Source: Gemmatimonadota bacterium (GTDB lineage Bacteria > ARS69). Taken from it: a stretch of DNA of 64,000 nt. Location of the stretch: contig JASLLL010000004.1 of assembly GCA_030747075.1 (NCBI GenBank), forward strand, positions 70,891 through 134,890, read 5' to 3'. The position numbers were made by a program, and so were the translations under genes. Position 1 is the stretch's first letter. Each line of letters begins with the position of its first letter. A model generated the notes under the pieces. The model ran no database searches. It was given only the letters and a program-made list of their open reading frames with translations, and was not told where the DNA came from. Below, one piece after another: positions 10,081-19,655 of the stretch.

Positions 10081-10563
10081 ATGAAAACAGACCTCTTTCA
10101 TATCGTGTCCCGCGTGGACCGTCTTGGCGAGCGCCGAGACGCATACCGCAGGGACCTGGTGCGGCAGCATCAGGTGACGCCCCCGCTCGTGGTGATCCTG
10201 CGGCTTCTGGAGAGCGTTCCGGGAATGACCATGGTGGACATGGCGCGTCGGCTGGGATCGTCCGTACCCACGGTTCAGAGCCGCTTTGCCCGCCTGGAGG
10301 ATTTGGGCCTGATCCGGAGAACCCGGAGCCGGGACGACCGGCGGAAGGTCGGGACCCGCCTCACGAGGAAGGGGAAGTCGCTCCTGGCGCGGGTCCCCAT
10401 GGCGGGGGCCGGACGAATCCTGGACGCGCTGGAAAGCGGGTCGGTGACTCCGCGTTCGCTGAGGCGAATGGTCGCAAACCTCGAACAGGTGGAACGACTT
10501 CTCTTTCCTGACGCGAGCGGGAAGCAGAACGGACGCAAGAAGACGGGAGTCTGGATGAGATAG
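10081..10563 (+). CDS. MarR family transcriptional regulator
   Basis: wHTH pattern: LEDLGLIRRTRSRDDRRKVGTRLTRKG. Confidence 0.9.
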   Translation: MKTDLFHIVSRVDRLGERRDAYRRDLVRQHQVTPPLVVILRLLESVPGMTMVDMARRLGSSVPTVQSRFARLEDLGLIRRTRSRDDRRKVGTRLTRKGKSLLARVPMAGAGRILDALESGSVTPRSLRRMVANLEQVERLLFPDASGKQNGRKKTGVWMR

Positions 10564-10565
10564 CC

Positions 10566-10689
10566 GAACGAAACGACGCTGTGACCCGGGGCCGCTCGTG
10601 GTGATGTGCTGGTGTGTGGATGTCCTGGTTGGGAGGACCCCGAAGGCCCTCCTCTTTCTGGGAGAGTTGGTTCCGGGTCCGTTTCGTTC
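10566..10689 (-). ncRNA. Candidate structured RNA of unknown class
   Basis: Closing helices GAACGAAACG/CGTTTCGTTC and GACCCGG/CCGGGTC; internal C(UUCG)G hairpin on the minus strand; C/A-rich single-stranded segment. Confidence 0.35.
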
Positions 10690-10810
10690 AGTTCCTGCCA
10701 GAATGAGGGAGAGGGGGCCAGCGTTCCCTGATTTCCGTCTGATTTCCCGGAGACTCCCGTGTATTGACAAAGCCGCACCCGCGGATCCGGTCACCCCCCC
10801 CGGGAGGCGC

Positions 10811-10840
10811 TTGCACATTCCCAGGGTGTTTCGGTAAAAT
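10811..10840 (+). promoter_or_regulatory. sigma70 promoter (TTGCAC-18-TAAAAT)
   Basis: Near-consensus boxes about 50 nt upstream of ATG 10892. Confidence 0.65.
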
Positions 10841-10891
10841 GGAAAACTGAACTGTCAGTCAGACCTCTCCTCGCGTCCCCGAGGTGTATCT

Positions 10892-12499
10892 ATGATGCGG
10901 CTTCCCCCCGTGTTCGCATCGGCCCGGTCCTTTTCGACCTTGGCGCCGTGGCTGCTGGCCCTTTTGTTCGTAACCTGCGCCCTCCTTCCCGTGTCGGCTT
11001 CGGCGGTCTCCATTCGCACGGACGGGCTTCTGGAGGTGGACGGCGAGCCGTTCTACCCGCTGGGTCTTGTGGAGCTGGCGACCTATCGCTACGAAGACTG
11101 GAACGATCGCATTCGCCGGTCCCGGGCAAACATCGTCTGGGACATTGAGATTGCGTATGCGGACACCACTCCATCGTGTGCGGACATCGCGGACTCGGCT
11201 GCGGCGACGGGGTACTACATCATGCTGGGGTCGGGAGATACCTGGAACTGGGACGATCTCTCCACGCCCGAGCTTGAGGTCGATCAGAATATGTACGAAC
11301 CCGCACTTCTGGACGCGGCTGTGCAGTGTCTGGATTCGCGTGGCGTGGGACCGCTTGTGGTGGCAAACCGGGACGAGCCCGTCTGGACGCTTTCACGGAA
11401 CAAGCTCGGCGACATCGACCGCGCGCACATTTACGACACCTACGACCAGCTGAAGAGCGTTCTGCCGGATCGACCCGTGGCAATGAACTTCGCCCCGGTT
11501 CACCTCTCCGGAGACCGGGATTTGTGGAAGGCCGATGTGAGTACGTACATGGATGCGACCGACATTGTGATGTATGCCGCGTACCCGTTCCCGGGAGGGG
11601 AGGGGACATGCAGTTCGTACAATGTCATTGATTTTCCCGCGTGCAGACTCGACCGGCTGCCGGTGACGGCGGACATCTTCCTCGGCGAACTCAATCAGGC
11701 GGGTCAGCCGCTCTGGGTGATCGTGCAGGCGTTCAAGAATATCCCGCTGAAGGAGGCCCGGTGGCAGGCGTACACCTCGGTTGTTCACGGGGCGACGGGG
11801 ATTTTCTGGGCGGGCTGGTCCTGGACTCACTTCCTGGGTGGGGGGCCGCCCACATGGCCGGTGGTGGAGCAGGTGATGGGTGAGGTCAGCGACCTGTACG
11901 ATGTGCTCCTCTCCGAAGATGAAGCCGGAGCGTGGAGTGAGGAACCGGCGGTGGAAGTGCGAGCCAAGCGCGGTCCCGACGGAATGGTCACGCTCTTTGC
12001 GGTGGCCCGGAACGGTTTTGTGGGGTCGGCGCGGATCCACCTTCCGAATGCGGGGGTCGGTGGGGTGACGGTCCTGAATGAAGACCGGACGCTCCCCATG
12101 TCCAATCGCACGCTGGTCGATGATTTCGACGGCTACGAGGCGCATGTCTACAGGTACCGGGCGCGGATGTCCAGCCAGGGCGGATCGACTTCTGTCCCGG
12201 ATGGTGTTCTCTTTCCGGCGGATCGATTCCGAATGGTGGTTGCGCCCAACCCCGCGACGGGGCCGGCTCGAGCACGGTTTCACCTTCCGCGAGCGGGGAC
12301 GGTTCTCTTCACGGTGTACGATGCCTCCGGTCGTCGGGTTGCGGTCCCGGGCCGCGGGTCGTTTGCCGCAGGCGAGGGGGAGTTCTACTGGAACGGCCGG
12401 GATTTCTCCGGCCAGCCCGTCTCACCCGGCGTGTACTTCCTCAGCGGTCGGACTTCGGCCGGGGAAGAGGCCACGGCCAGGATCGTTCTGCGGCGCTAG
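10892..12499 (+). CDS. Secreted glycoside-hydrolase-like (clan GH-A-like TIM barrel) protein with FlgD-like CTD
   Basis: Signal peptide; VDGEPFYPLG start, NRDEP putative acid/base motif; PNP...WNGRD...PGVYF CTD. Confidence 0.65.
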   Translation: MMRLPPVFASARSFSTLAPWLLALLFVTCALLPVSASAVSIRTDGLLEVDGEPFYPLGLVELATYRYEDWNDRIRRSRANIVWDIEIAYADTTPSCADIADSAAATGYYIMLGSGDTWNWDDLSTPELEVDQNMYEPALLDAAVQCLDSRGVGPLVVANRDEPVWTLSRNKLGDIDRAHIYDTYDQLKSVLPDRPVAMNFAPVHLSGDRDLWKADVSTYMDATDIVMYAAYPFPGGEGTCSSYNVIDFPACRLDRLPVTADIFLGELNQAGQPLWVIVQAFKNIPLKEARWQAYTSVVHGATGIFWAGWSWTHFLGGGPPTWPVVEQVMGEVSDLYDVLLSEDEAGAWSEEPAVEVRAKRGPDGMVTLFAVARNGFVGSARIHLPNAGVGGVTVLNEDRTLPMSNRTLVDDFDGYEAHVYRYRARMSSQGGSTSVPDGVLFPADRFRMVVAPNPATGPARARFHLPRAGTVLFTVYDASGRRVAVPGRGSFAAGEGEFYWNGRDFSGQPVSPGVYFLSGRTSAGEEATARIVLRR

Positions 12500-12678
12500 T
12501 GGACCAGGCGGTCCAGAGCCGGATTAAGAGCCACTTTGGAGTTTTTTCCAGGGCGCTGTTTTTCCGGGGAACCTCCCGGGCTGACCGGGGTATTTCCTCC
12601 GACGCCGCCTGAGTTGAGGCTCTCGGGCGGTGCCGAAGGGGAAGTGCCAGGCTCGAATTGGGACATGGGACAAGGTCA

Positions 12679-12729
12679 GGGACCGGAACCCGGGGAGGAC
12701 CCCCCCGGAACCTCCGGTCCCTTTCTCTT
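12679..12729 (+). terminator. Hairpin with pyrimidine tail, probable terminator
   Basis: GGGACCGGA...TCCGGTCCC followed by TTTCTCTT. Confidence 0.5.
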
Positions 12730-13250
12730 GGGTGGTGTTGCGGTGATTGTTGTTGGGGTTCACGCGCTGGCTCGCACGCCCGACATCGAGCGTGCGCCTT
12801 GCCCTTCCCTCATTCAGCTGCGGATCCTGGCATGGCTCAACAGCTTGCCCCTCCGGGAGGCGGGCGTCCGGGCGGGATGGCTGCAGAAAGGCCGCCGGTG
12901 CCGGGCGCTGAAAGGAGCCCGGTCTTCTGGGAAACAGCGCTCCGTAGGCCGAAGATGCGCAAATCGCCTCCTGGCAGCGTCCCTCCAGGGCGAAGATCAG
13001 GCGGGCCCGTCGTCTGCCCCGGGGGCGTAACTACCACTGCAGCCACCAGTTACCCAGTGTTGAGAGGTGACCGGTGCCTGCGAGGGAAAAACAACAATCT
13101 TCGGAACACAACCAACCGGAAGTGAGCGGGAAGGAGAGCTCCGGAGGGATCGCAAGGAAGACACCACCTCCTCGCAACACCACCTTTCTGTTGGCCCTGC
13201 GATCGGCCGCCGGGCTACCCTTCGCCGTTTCCAGGGGAGGTTGGAGAAGA

Positions 13251-15131
13251 ATGGCCGGTCGTCACTTGCTGGAACGGCTCTCCCGGGGCGTCCTTGTTGG
13301 AGACGGGGCGATGGGCACCATGCTCTACGCCAAGGGTGTCTACATCAACCGCTGCTTCGACGAGCTCAACCTGACGGAACCGGATCTCGTGCGCGGCGTT
13401 CACTCCGGCTATGTCGAGGCCGGGGCGGACTTTCTGGAGACCAACACCTTCGGCGCAAACACCTTCAAGCTGGAACCCCACGGATTGGGCGATCGCGTCC
13501 CCGAGATCAACCGGCAGGGAGCGGAGATTGCGAGAGAGGCGGCGGGCGAGGAAGTCCTGGTCGCTGGTGCGATCGGGCCTTTGGGTGTTCCCATTGAACC
13601 GATCGGGCGCATCGCCTTTGAAGAGGCGCGCGCTGGTTTCCGGGACCAGGCGGAGGCGCTCGCGGAAGGGGGTGCCGATTTTCTCATCATGGAGACATTC
13701 CATCGGCTGGAGGAGATGCGCGAAGCCATCCGGGGAGCGCGGGAGGCGACCGATCTCCCCCTGGTCGCGCAGATGACCCTCACCGAGGAGAACGCGACCG
13801 CGCTGGGGGATCCCGCGGCGCAGGTTGCCGCCAGGCTCGAGGAGTGGGGCGCCGATGTGGTGGGGCTCAACTGCTCGGTCGGCCCTCGTCCGATGCTGAA
13901 GGCGCTGGAGGTCGTTCGGGAGTACACCGCACGGCCGCTGTCCGTCATGCCGAATGCGGGGATGCCGCGCCTTGTGGAAGGGCGGTACCTGTACCTGTCC
14001 TCTCCGGATTACTTCGCCAAGTATGCGCGCCGGTTCTTCCAGGCGGGCGCGAAGATCGTGGGCGGGTGCTGTGGTACCACCCCGGACCACATTCGTGCGG
14101 TGGCCGCGGCTGCCCGGGCGATTCCGCGCAAGACGGCTGCGCTTGAGCCCGCGCGAACGCCGGTGCGTCTTTCGCCCAAGGTGCTCCCGGAGGCGAAGGC
14201 GGTACCGAGTCGTGCGAAGTCGGCCTTTGCGGAGGCTCTTGCGAGTGGCCGTTTCGCCGTCTCCGTGGAGGTGTCGCCGCCGCGCGGTCCGGATCCGGCC
14301 CGCGTGCTGGAGCGCATCCGCCTTCTGGAAGAGGCGGGCGTGGATGCCGTGAACATCCCGGACGGCCCCCGGGCGAGTGCACGCATGAGTTCTCTCGCGC
14401 TGGCCGTGCTGGCGGGGCAGGAGACCGGCATCGAGGTCATCCTCCACTACTGCTGCCGCGACCGGAACCTGCTGGGGATGCAGTCGGACCTGCTCGGAGC
14501 GGGGCCGCTCGGGATTCGGAATCTCCTCATCGTTACGGGAGACCCCCCGAAGATGGGCGACTACCCGGACGCCACGGCGGTCTTCGATGTGGATTCCATC
14601 GGGCTGCTTCAGATTGCCGGTCGGTTGAACCACGGGCAGGACATTGCGGGGAACCCCATGAGCCAGCCCACCGCGCTGCATCTGGGTGTGGGTGTGAATC
14701 CCGCGGCCGTGAATCTCGACGAGGAGGTCCGGCGGTTTGAGTACAAAGTGGAAGCTGGAGCCGAGTACGCGCTGACCCAACCGGTCTACGATGTGTCGGT
14801 GCTGGAGCGGTTCATCCGCCGAACGGAGCACTGCCGGATTCCGACGCTGGCGGGCATTCTCCCGCTCAGAAGCCACCGGAATGCCGAGTTCCTGTCGAAC
14901 GAGGTTCCCGGGATGGAAGTGCCGCGGTCGATCCTCGATCGAATGAAGGCAGCGCCGACGGGAGCGGAGGGCCGGGAGGAGGGCATCGCGATCGCGAAGG
15001 AAGCGCTTCGGGAATGCGCGCCGATGGTGCAGGGGGTCTATGTCATGCCGCCCTTCGGGAAGATCGACGTGGCGCTGGAAGTGGTGGCGGCCGTCCCCCC
15101 GGAGCTTCGCGCACCGAAGCAGGGGATGTAG
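13251..15131 (+). CDS. yitJ: Bifunctional homocysteine S-methyltransferase / methylenetetrahydrofolate reductase
   Basis: DGAMGT, GLNCSVGP, PNAG, GGCCGTTP, then MTHFR domain (NIPDGP, HYCCRDRNL, TGDPP, TQPVYD); RBS GGAGG/GGAG before ATG 13251. Confidence 0.93.
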   Translation: MAGRHLLERLSRGVLVGDGAMGTMLYAKGVYINRCFDELNLTEPDLVRGVHSGYVEAGADFLETNTFGANTFKLEPHGLGDRVPEINRQGAEIAREAAGEEVLVAGAIGPLGVPIEPIGRIAFEEARAGFRDQAEALAEGGADFLIMETFHRLEEMREAIRGAREATDLPLVAQMTLTEENATALGDPAAQVAARLEEWGADVVGLNCSVGPRPMLKALEVVREYTARPLSVMPNAGMPRLVEGRYLYLSSPDYFAKYARRFFQAGAKIVGGCCGTTPDHIRAVAAAARAIPRKTAALEPARTPVRLSPKVLPEAKAVPSRAKSAFAEALASGRFAVSVEVSPPRGPDPARVLERIRLLEEAGVDAVNIPDGPRASARMSSLALAVLAGQETGIEVILHYCCRDRNLLGMQSDLLGAGPLGIRNLLIVTGDPPKMGDYPDATAVFDVDSIGLLQIAGRLNHGQDIAGNPMSQPTALHLGVGVNPAAVNLDEEVRRFEYKVEAGAEYALTQPVYDVSVLERFIRRTEHCRIPTLAGILPLRSHRNAEFLSNEVPGMEVPRSILDRMKAAPTGAEGREEGIAIAKEALRECAPMVQGVYVMPPFGKIDVALEVVAAVPPELRAPKQGM

Positions 15132-16841
15132 GTGCTCCGCCGCCCATCGTCCGAGCGGCTTCTTCGCGCTCTTCTGCTGGGCGTGGTGGCGTGCCTGGCG
15201 GTACGCGGCCTGTTTGCGGCCAGCTGGTTTGAGTCCCATGAAGCCGCGTCATACCCGGCGCGAGTCGTGGAAGTTCTTCAGTGCTGGGAGGACGGAATGC
15301 CCTCCGCGCGCTGGTTCCCGGATCTCGCGGGGGGGCGCGGGTACCCGTTTCTTTCCTTCTACGCGCCCGGGCTCTTTTTCGCGGCGGCCGCGCTGGCGAA
15401 AGCGGGGCTGGGTGTGGCGGGCGGGCTGAAGGCCGTCACGATTCTGGCCGCACTTCTCGGCACGGTGGGTGCGTACCGTCTTGCGCGCATGGGGTGTGGA
15501 TCGCCGTGCGCGCTGGTCGCGGCATCGCTCTACACGCACGCGCCGTATCTTCTGCGCGACCTCTGGGTTCGCGGTGACCTTGCCGAGTACCTGGCGCTGG
15601 GGATCCTGCCGTGGGCGATTCGCGCCGTGATTCGCCTGGCTCTGGGCGAAGCCTCCGGGACTCGGGCGATTCTCTCCGCGGCGGGATGGGTGGCGGCGGT
15701 TGCGTTGACTCACAATGTGGCCGGGCTTCTTGCGGGGGGGGCACTGGCGATTGCCACAATGGTCGCTCTCGCACCGGCGGGTCCGGAGCGGGGCCGGCGT
15801 TTCGCCGCAACCGTGCTGGCCGGGGTCGTGGCACTTCTTCTGTCCGCGTTCTTCTGGGTTCCCGCGCTTGCCGAGCGAGCGTGGGTGCGCCTGGATGCAC
15901 TTCGCAGCGGGATCTTCGATGTGAATCGGAACTTCGTGGGATTCGCCGACCTCCTGAAGTGGGAGGGGGCGGAGCGGGTTTTTGTCCCCGGGAGCGCGGA
16001 GGAGATGGCCTTTGGGCTGGGCGCTGCGCTGGTGGTGCTTCCGACGGCGCTTCTTGCGCTACGGCAAGCGGACGCGGGGCGGCGTCTGGTGGTCGCCCTC
16101 GGGGCGGCACTTCTGCTGGCGGGAGTTGTGATGGCGACGCCTCTCTCCCGTCCGCTTTACGGAAGTGTTCCGCTGCTGTCGTATGTGGGCTTCCCGTGGC
16201 GGTTTCTTTCGCTGGCGTCTCTGGGTGCGGCACTGCTGGGCGCCGCAGGGCTGGCGGGACTCCTCTCCGGGCGACCGCGCCTGCGCGTGGCGGTGTGCGG
16301 GGTCGTGTGCTGCGGGACGGTAGTGGTGGCGCAGGATCTGTCCCGACCGGTCGCGCCGCTGGATCTCACGCCGCGCCTGCTTGATCCCGTCGCGTACCGA
16401 TCGGGCGATTTTACCGCCACCTCCGCGGACGAGTATCTTCCCGTCTGGGTCACCGCTTCCACCGAGCCTCCCTTTCACGATGGCGTGTGGATTGACGGCC
16501 GGGCGCGACTCCGCAAAGTGGAGAGACTCGCGGCACGGTGGACAATGGAGATCGAGACGACCGGTCCGGCCACGGTTGTCCTGCGGGAGTACTTCTACCC
16601 CGGGTGGGAGGGGGTCGATCGGGGTCGCGCCGTTCCTGTCCGCCCGGTGCAGGGCTCGGGTTTCGTCGCGTTTGACCTCCCCGCCGGAGAGTGGCGGGAA
16701 GTTTCCGTTCGCCTGCACCCGCGATCCGCGCGCCGAACCGCGCGGTGCATCTCCGCCTTGACGGCGCTCGTCGCGCTGGTGGCGCTCTCGGTCTCCTTCC
16801 GGCGAAGCCTCTGTCGGCGCCCTACTGCTGGACCATCCTGA
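15132..16841 (+). CDS. Polytopic membrane protein, PTPS-related / GT-C glycosyltransferase-like
   Basis: RWFPDL.GGRGYPFLSFYAP, RGDLAEYLALG, FFWVPAL.E, FPWRF; multiple TM helices. Confidence 0.75.
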   Translation: MLRRPSSERLLRALLLGVVACLAVRGLFAASWFESHEAASYPARVVEVLQCWEDGMPSARWFPDLAGGRGYPFLSFYAPGLFFAAAALAKAGLGVAGGLKAVTILAALLGTVGAYRLARMGCGSPCALVAASLYTHAPYLLRDLWVRGDLAEYLALGILPWAIRAVIRLALGEASGTRAILSAAGWVAAVALTHNVAGLLAGGALAIATMVALAPAGPERGRRFAATVLAGVVALLLSAFFWVPALAERAWVRLDALRSGIFDVNRNFVGFADLLKWEGAERVFVPGSAEEMAFGLGAALVVLPTALLALRQADAGRRLVVALGAALLLAGVVMATPLSRPLYGSVPLLSYVGFPWRFLSLASLGAALLGAAGLAGLLSGRPRLRVAVCGVVCCGTVVVAQDLSRPVAPLDLTPRLLDPVAYRSGDFTATSADEYLPVWVTASTEPPFHDGVWIDGRARLRKVERLAARWTMEIETTGPATVVLREYFYPGWEGVDRGRAVPVRPVQGSGFVAFDLPAGEWREVSVRLHPRSARRTARCISALTALVALVALSVSFRRSLCRRPTAGPS

Positions 16842-19530
16842 GAATCGCCGACGGAGCGAACACCTCTGCCGCCAGCGACGATACCTGCTGGAATGTGACC
16901 GCGCGCAGATTCTCCGGGGCGCGGGTGTAGGATTCGAAACCGCCGTTTCCCTCCGCAACCGCGAGCCGCCAGGCGAGCACCGCGTTGTCCTGTCGGGACA
17001 GAACATGGGAGTTGATCAGTCGCATGACGGCGTCTTCAAAGTTTTTCCGCGGCAGGCCTTCTTCGGAGTACCGCACGAGATCCTCCTCAAACATCGCGAG
17101 AATCTCGTCGAAGCGTTCGCGCTTCACATCATTCTCGATGATCCACATGCCCGGGCCACGGGCCTCCCAGAAGCGAATCCAGCTCCGGTACGAAACGCCT
17201 TCGCCATAGACATACTTGTAGAAGTGATCGTTCCCCGCCATCCGGCTCAGCACGCGGGACGGAATCTGATCCGCATCGGTCCACAGTGCGCCCGGGCGGC
17301 CCCAGTTCACGGTCCAGTAGTCCTTGCCGAGCGGAATCACCTTCGTCTCCGGCGAAGGTGCCCAGTCCACGGTCTCAGCGGGAGGGAGCGGACCGGCGCG
17401 CCGATTCGGAACATCCGCCCAGTGCGAGGCCAGCCACTCGGCGGCGTGGTGCGGATCGACATCGCCCACGAGGGTGACCACGACCCGATCCGCGGTCCAG
17501 TGGGCCTTGTGGAACGCCGCGAGATCATCGGAAGAAATGGCGGAGATGGACTCCTCCGTCCCGACCGTAGGCCGACCGTAGGGGTGGCCTTCGAAAGCAC
17601 TCACATAGAACTGCTGCTTGATGTACTCGAGGTTGTTCTCCGGAAGGGTGCGGATTTCGGTGAGGAGGTCTTCCCGAACCTTGGACATCTCCTTCGGGTC
17701 GAACTGAGGGAAGAAGGTCGTCTCCTTGAGGATGGTGAGAGCTTCGCGCCAGGTGTCCGCCGTTCCCCGGAGGTGGCGCCCCGCGGAGTCGCGGTAGTCC
17801 ACATTCCGCGATGTGTTGGCCCGGCTTCCGATGGATGCGTGCGCCGTCGCCGTCATGGCGAGTGAGCCGAGGAGTTGACCAAGTTCGCTCTGATCAAAGG
17901 AGCGTGTTGCGCGGAGGCCGAGTTCGGAGACGAACCGGTTGATGCCGGCCTGCGAAGCGGGTTCCACCCACTGCCCGCCGAGGATGCGTGCGCTAGCTGC
18001 GAGAACACGCGACGCGTCGGACGGACTCACCAGAAGGCGAAGACCGTTGGAGAATCGAAACCGCACGATCCCGTCTTCGCGACCGGTCTCCTCGAAGGCG
18101 AGCGGATCGACGGGTGGCGGCTTCAGCAACCCGGGTCGCTGGAGGGAAGGCTGCGGTGTGTCCTCGGCACCGGCGGTGGCAATCGGGCCGGGGAGGGCGG
18201 TCGACGGGTCGAAGCCTTCCGGGTAGACCGTGACCGTCACGAGCTTTCGGGGGCTGATGTGCCGGGCGGCGGCTTCCGCCACTTCATCGGGCGTGACCAG
18301 CGACAGCATCCGCACCCAGCGGTTCGCGCGTTTCGTGCCGAGGCGGCTGGCGAGAAAGCCGAGTCGCTCGGCACGGTCGGCATAGGTCGCTCGTTCCCGC
18401 GCTTCCTGCGCGAGGAGTCCGCGCCGCACATCTTCGAAAATGGTGGATGGAATGGCGCTCGGATTGAACCCGACCAGATAGTCCTGGAGGAAGGCACGCA
18501 CGGCGGGCCCGCGCTCCGGGTCCAGGCGGGCCGTGATCTGGAAGGCACCGTAGTCGCGCATGAAGTAGTGACTGGCTTGCGCGGAGGTCACCCATTTCTC
18601 CTGATCGATGAGCGGTTGCTGGAGTCCCCACACCGGGTGGTTCATGAGTGCGGCCAGCATGGTGAGTGCTGCCGTGTCGTCGGGGCCTTCGCGCGTGACC
18701 ACGCCCGTGAGGACAGTGGCCCGGGTGGCCTGCGGGACGAACTCCTCGCGGGAGCGCGGGCCGCGGATCTCCGGCTCCATGACCCCCAGCTCGAAGCTCG
18801 ACGGACCGGGTTCCCGGCCACTCCATTCCTCCCGCACGAGTTCCACCATCCGGTCCGGGTCGAAGTCTCCGGCAATGGAGAGGATCATGTGGTTGGGCGT
18901 GAAGCGCTCGCGGTAGTAGGCCTCGGTTGCGTGCATCTCCAGTTCGCGGATGGCCTTCTCCGTTCCGATCACGGGCCGCCCGTAGGGGTGCGCCGTGAAC
19001 GCCAGCTCGCTCCATGCGTGGTCCACCATCCGTTCGGGCTGTTCCTGTCCTCGGAACATCTCCTGCAGAACCACGCGCTTCTCGTCTTCGAACCACTCTT
19101 CTTCGAACTTGAGGTCCAGGAGTGCTTCCCGGTAGAGGGAGAGAGCCTCGGCGAAGTTCTCCTTCGGCGTTTCGAATCCGAAGTTGATCTCGTCGTCCCA
19201 GGTCCACCCTCCGGCCTCGCGACCGAGCAGGCTCATTTCTTTTCGATACATGGTCGGCGGGAGGTTGGGGGTTCCGCCCTTGAAGACGAGATGTTCGATG
19301 TAGTGCAGAGATCCCTGATAGTACTCGTCTTCGGTGCGTCCCCCTGTGGTGACAAACCCCGAGAGGGCGATGACCGGATGCGCGTTCCCCGGAGAGAGAA
19401 GCAGCGTGAGACCGTTGTCGAGGACGACTTCCCGGAAAGCCGGGGAAGGGTTCCCGGCGGCGGTCGGTGTTGCGAGACCAGCCGCGACGAGGAGTAGGGG
19501 AAGCGCGGCACGGGCAATGTGAGCGAGCAT
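16822..19530 (-). CDS. Secreted M16 (pitrilysin/PqqL-like) zinc protease
   Basis: Signal peptide; LDNGL, HYIEH (HxxEH), HPYGRP; second inactive M16 half. Confidence 0.9.
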   Translation of the reverse strand: MLAHIARAALPLLLVAAGLATPTAAGNPSPAFREVVLDNGLTLLLSPGNAHPVIALSGFVTTGGRTEDEYYQGSLHYIEHLVFKGGTPNLPPTMYRKEMSLLGREAGGWTWDDEINFGFETPKENFAEALSLYREALLDLKFEEEWFEDEKRVVLQEMFRGQEQPERMVDHAWSELAFTAHPYGRPVIGTEKAIRELEMHATEAYYRERFTPNHMILSIAGDFDPDRMVELVREEWSGREPGPSSFELGVMEPEIRGPRSREEFVPQATRATVLTGVVTREGPDDTAALTMLAALMNHPVWGLQQPLIDQEKWVTSAQASHYFMRDYGAFQITARLDPERGPAVRAFLQDYLVGFNPSAIPSTIFEDVRRGLLAQEARERATYADRAERLGFLASRLGTKRANRWVRMLSLVTPDEVAEAAARHISPRKLVTVTVYPEGFDPSTALPGPIATAGAEDTPQPSLQRPGLLKPPPVDPLAFEETGREDGIVRFRFSNGLRLLVSPSDASRVLAASARILGGQWVEPASQAGINRFVSELGLRATRSFDQSELGQLLGSLAMTATAHASIGSRANTSRNVDYRDSAGRHLRGTADTWREALTILKETTFFPQFDPKEMSKVREDLLTEIRTLPENNLEYIKQQFYVSAFEGHPYGRPTVGTEESISAISSDDLAAFHKAHWTADRVVVTLVGDVDPHHAAEWLASHWADVPNRRAGPLPPAETVDWAPSPETKVIPLGKDYWTVNWGRPGALWTDADQIPSRVLSRMAGNDHFYKYVYGEGVSYRSWIRFWEARGPGMWIIENDVKRERFDEILAMFEEDLVRYSEEGLPRKNFEDAVMRLINSHVLSRQDNAVLAWRLAVAEGNGGFESYTRAPENLRAVTFQQVSSLAAEVFAPSAILRMVQQ

Positions 19531-19655
19531 GGCAATCTCTCCGGAAGTTCAGGGGACCGATGACGGCAGGCTAGCACGCGTGCGCGGGGTCGGCATACGG
19601 CGGGGACGCTTGCCGCTGTCGGTTTGACCCTCTATGATGCGCCGAATCAAGGGGG

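Noticed and set aside
13060-13125. Met/Cys attenuator leader peptide for yitJ
   Set aside because: The short TTG-started ORF (LRGDRCLRGKNNNLRNTTNRK) has no Met run, one Cys and no clear SD
12800-13250. Canonical SAM-I, cobalamin, glycine or lysine riboswitch, tmRNA, SRP or RNase P RNA
   Set aside because: Only partial look-alike words (GGGGGCGTAA, GTCAGG..GGAA, GGGAAGG, AGAGGTG); required conserved cores and pairings are absent
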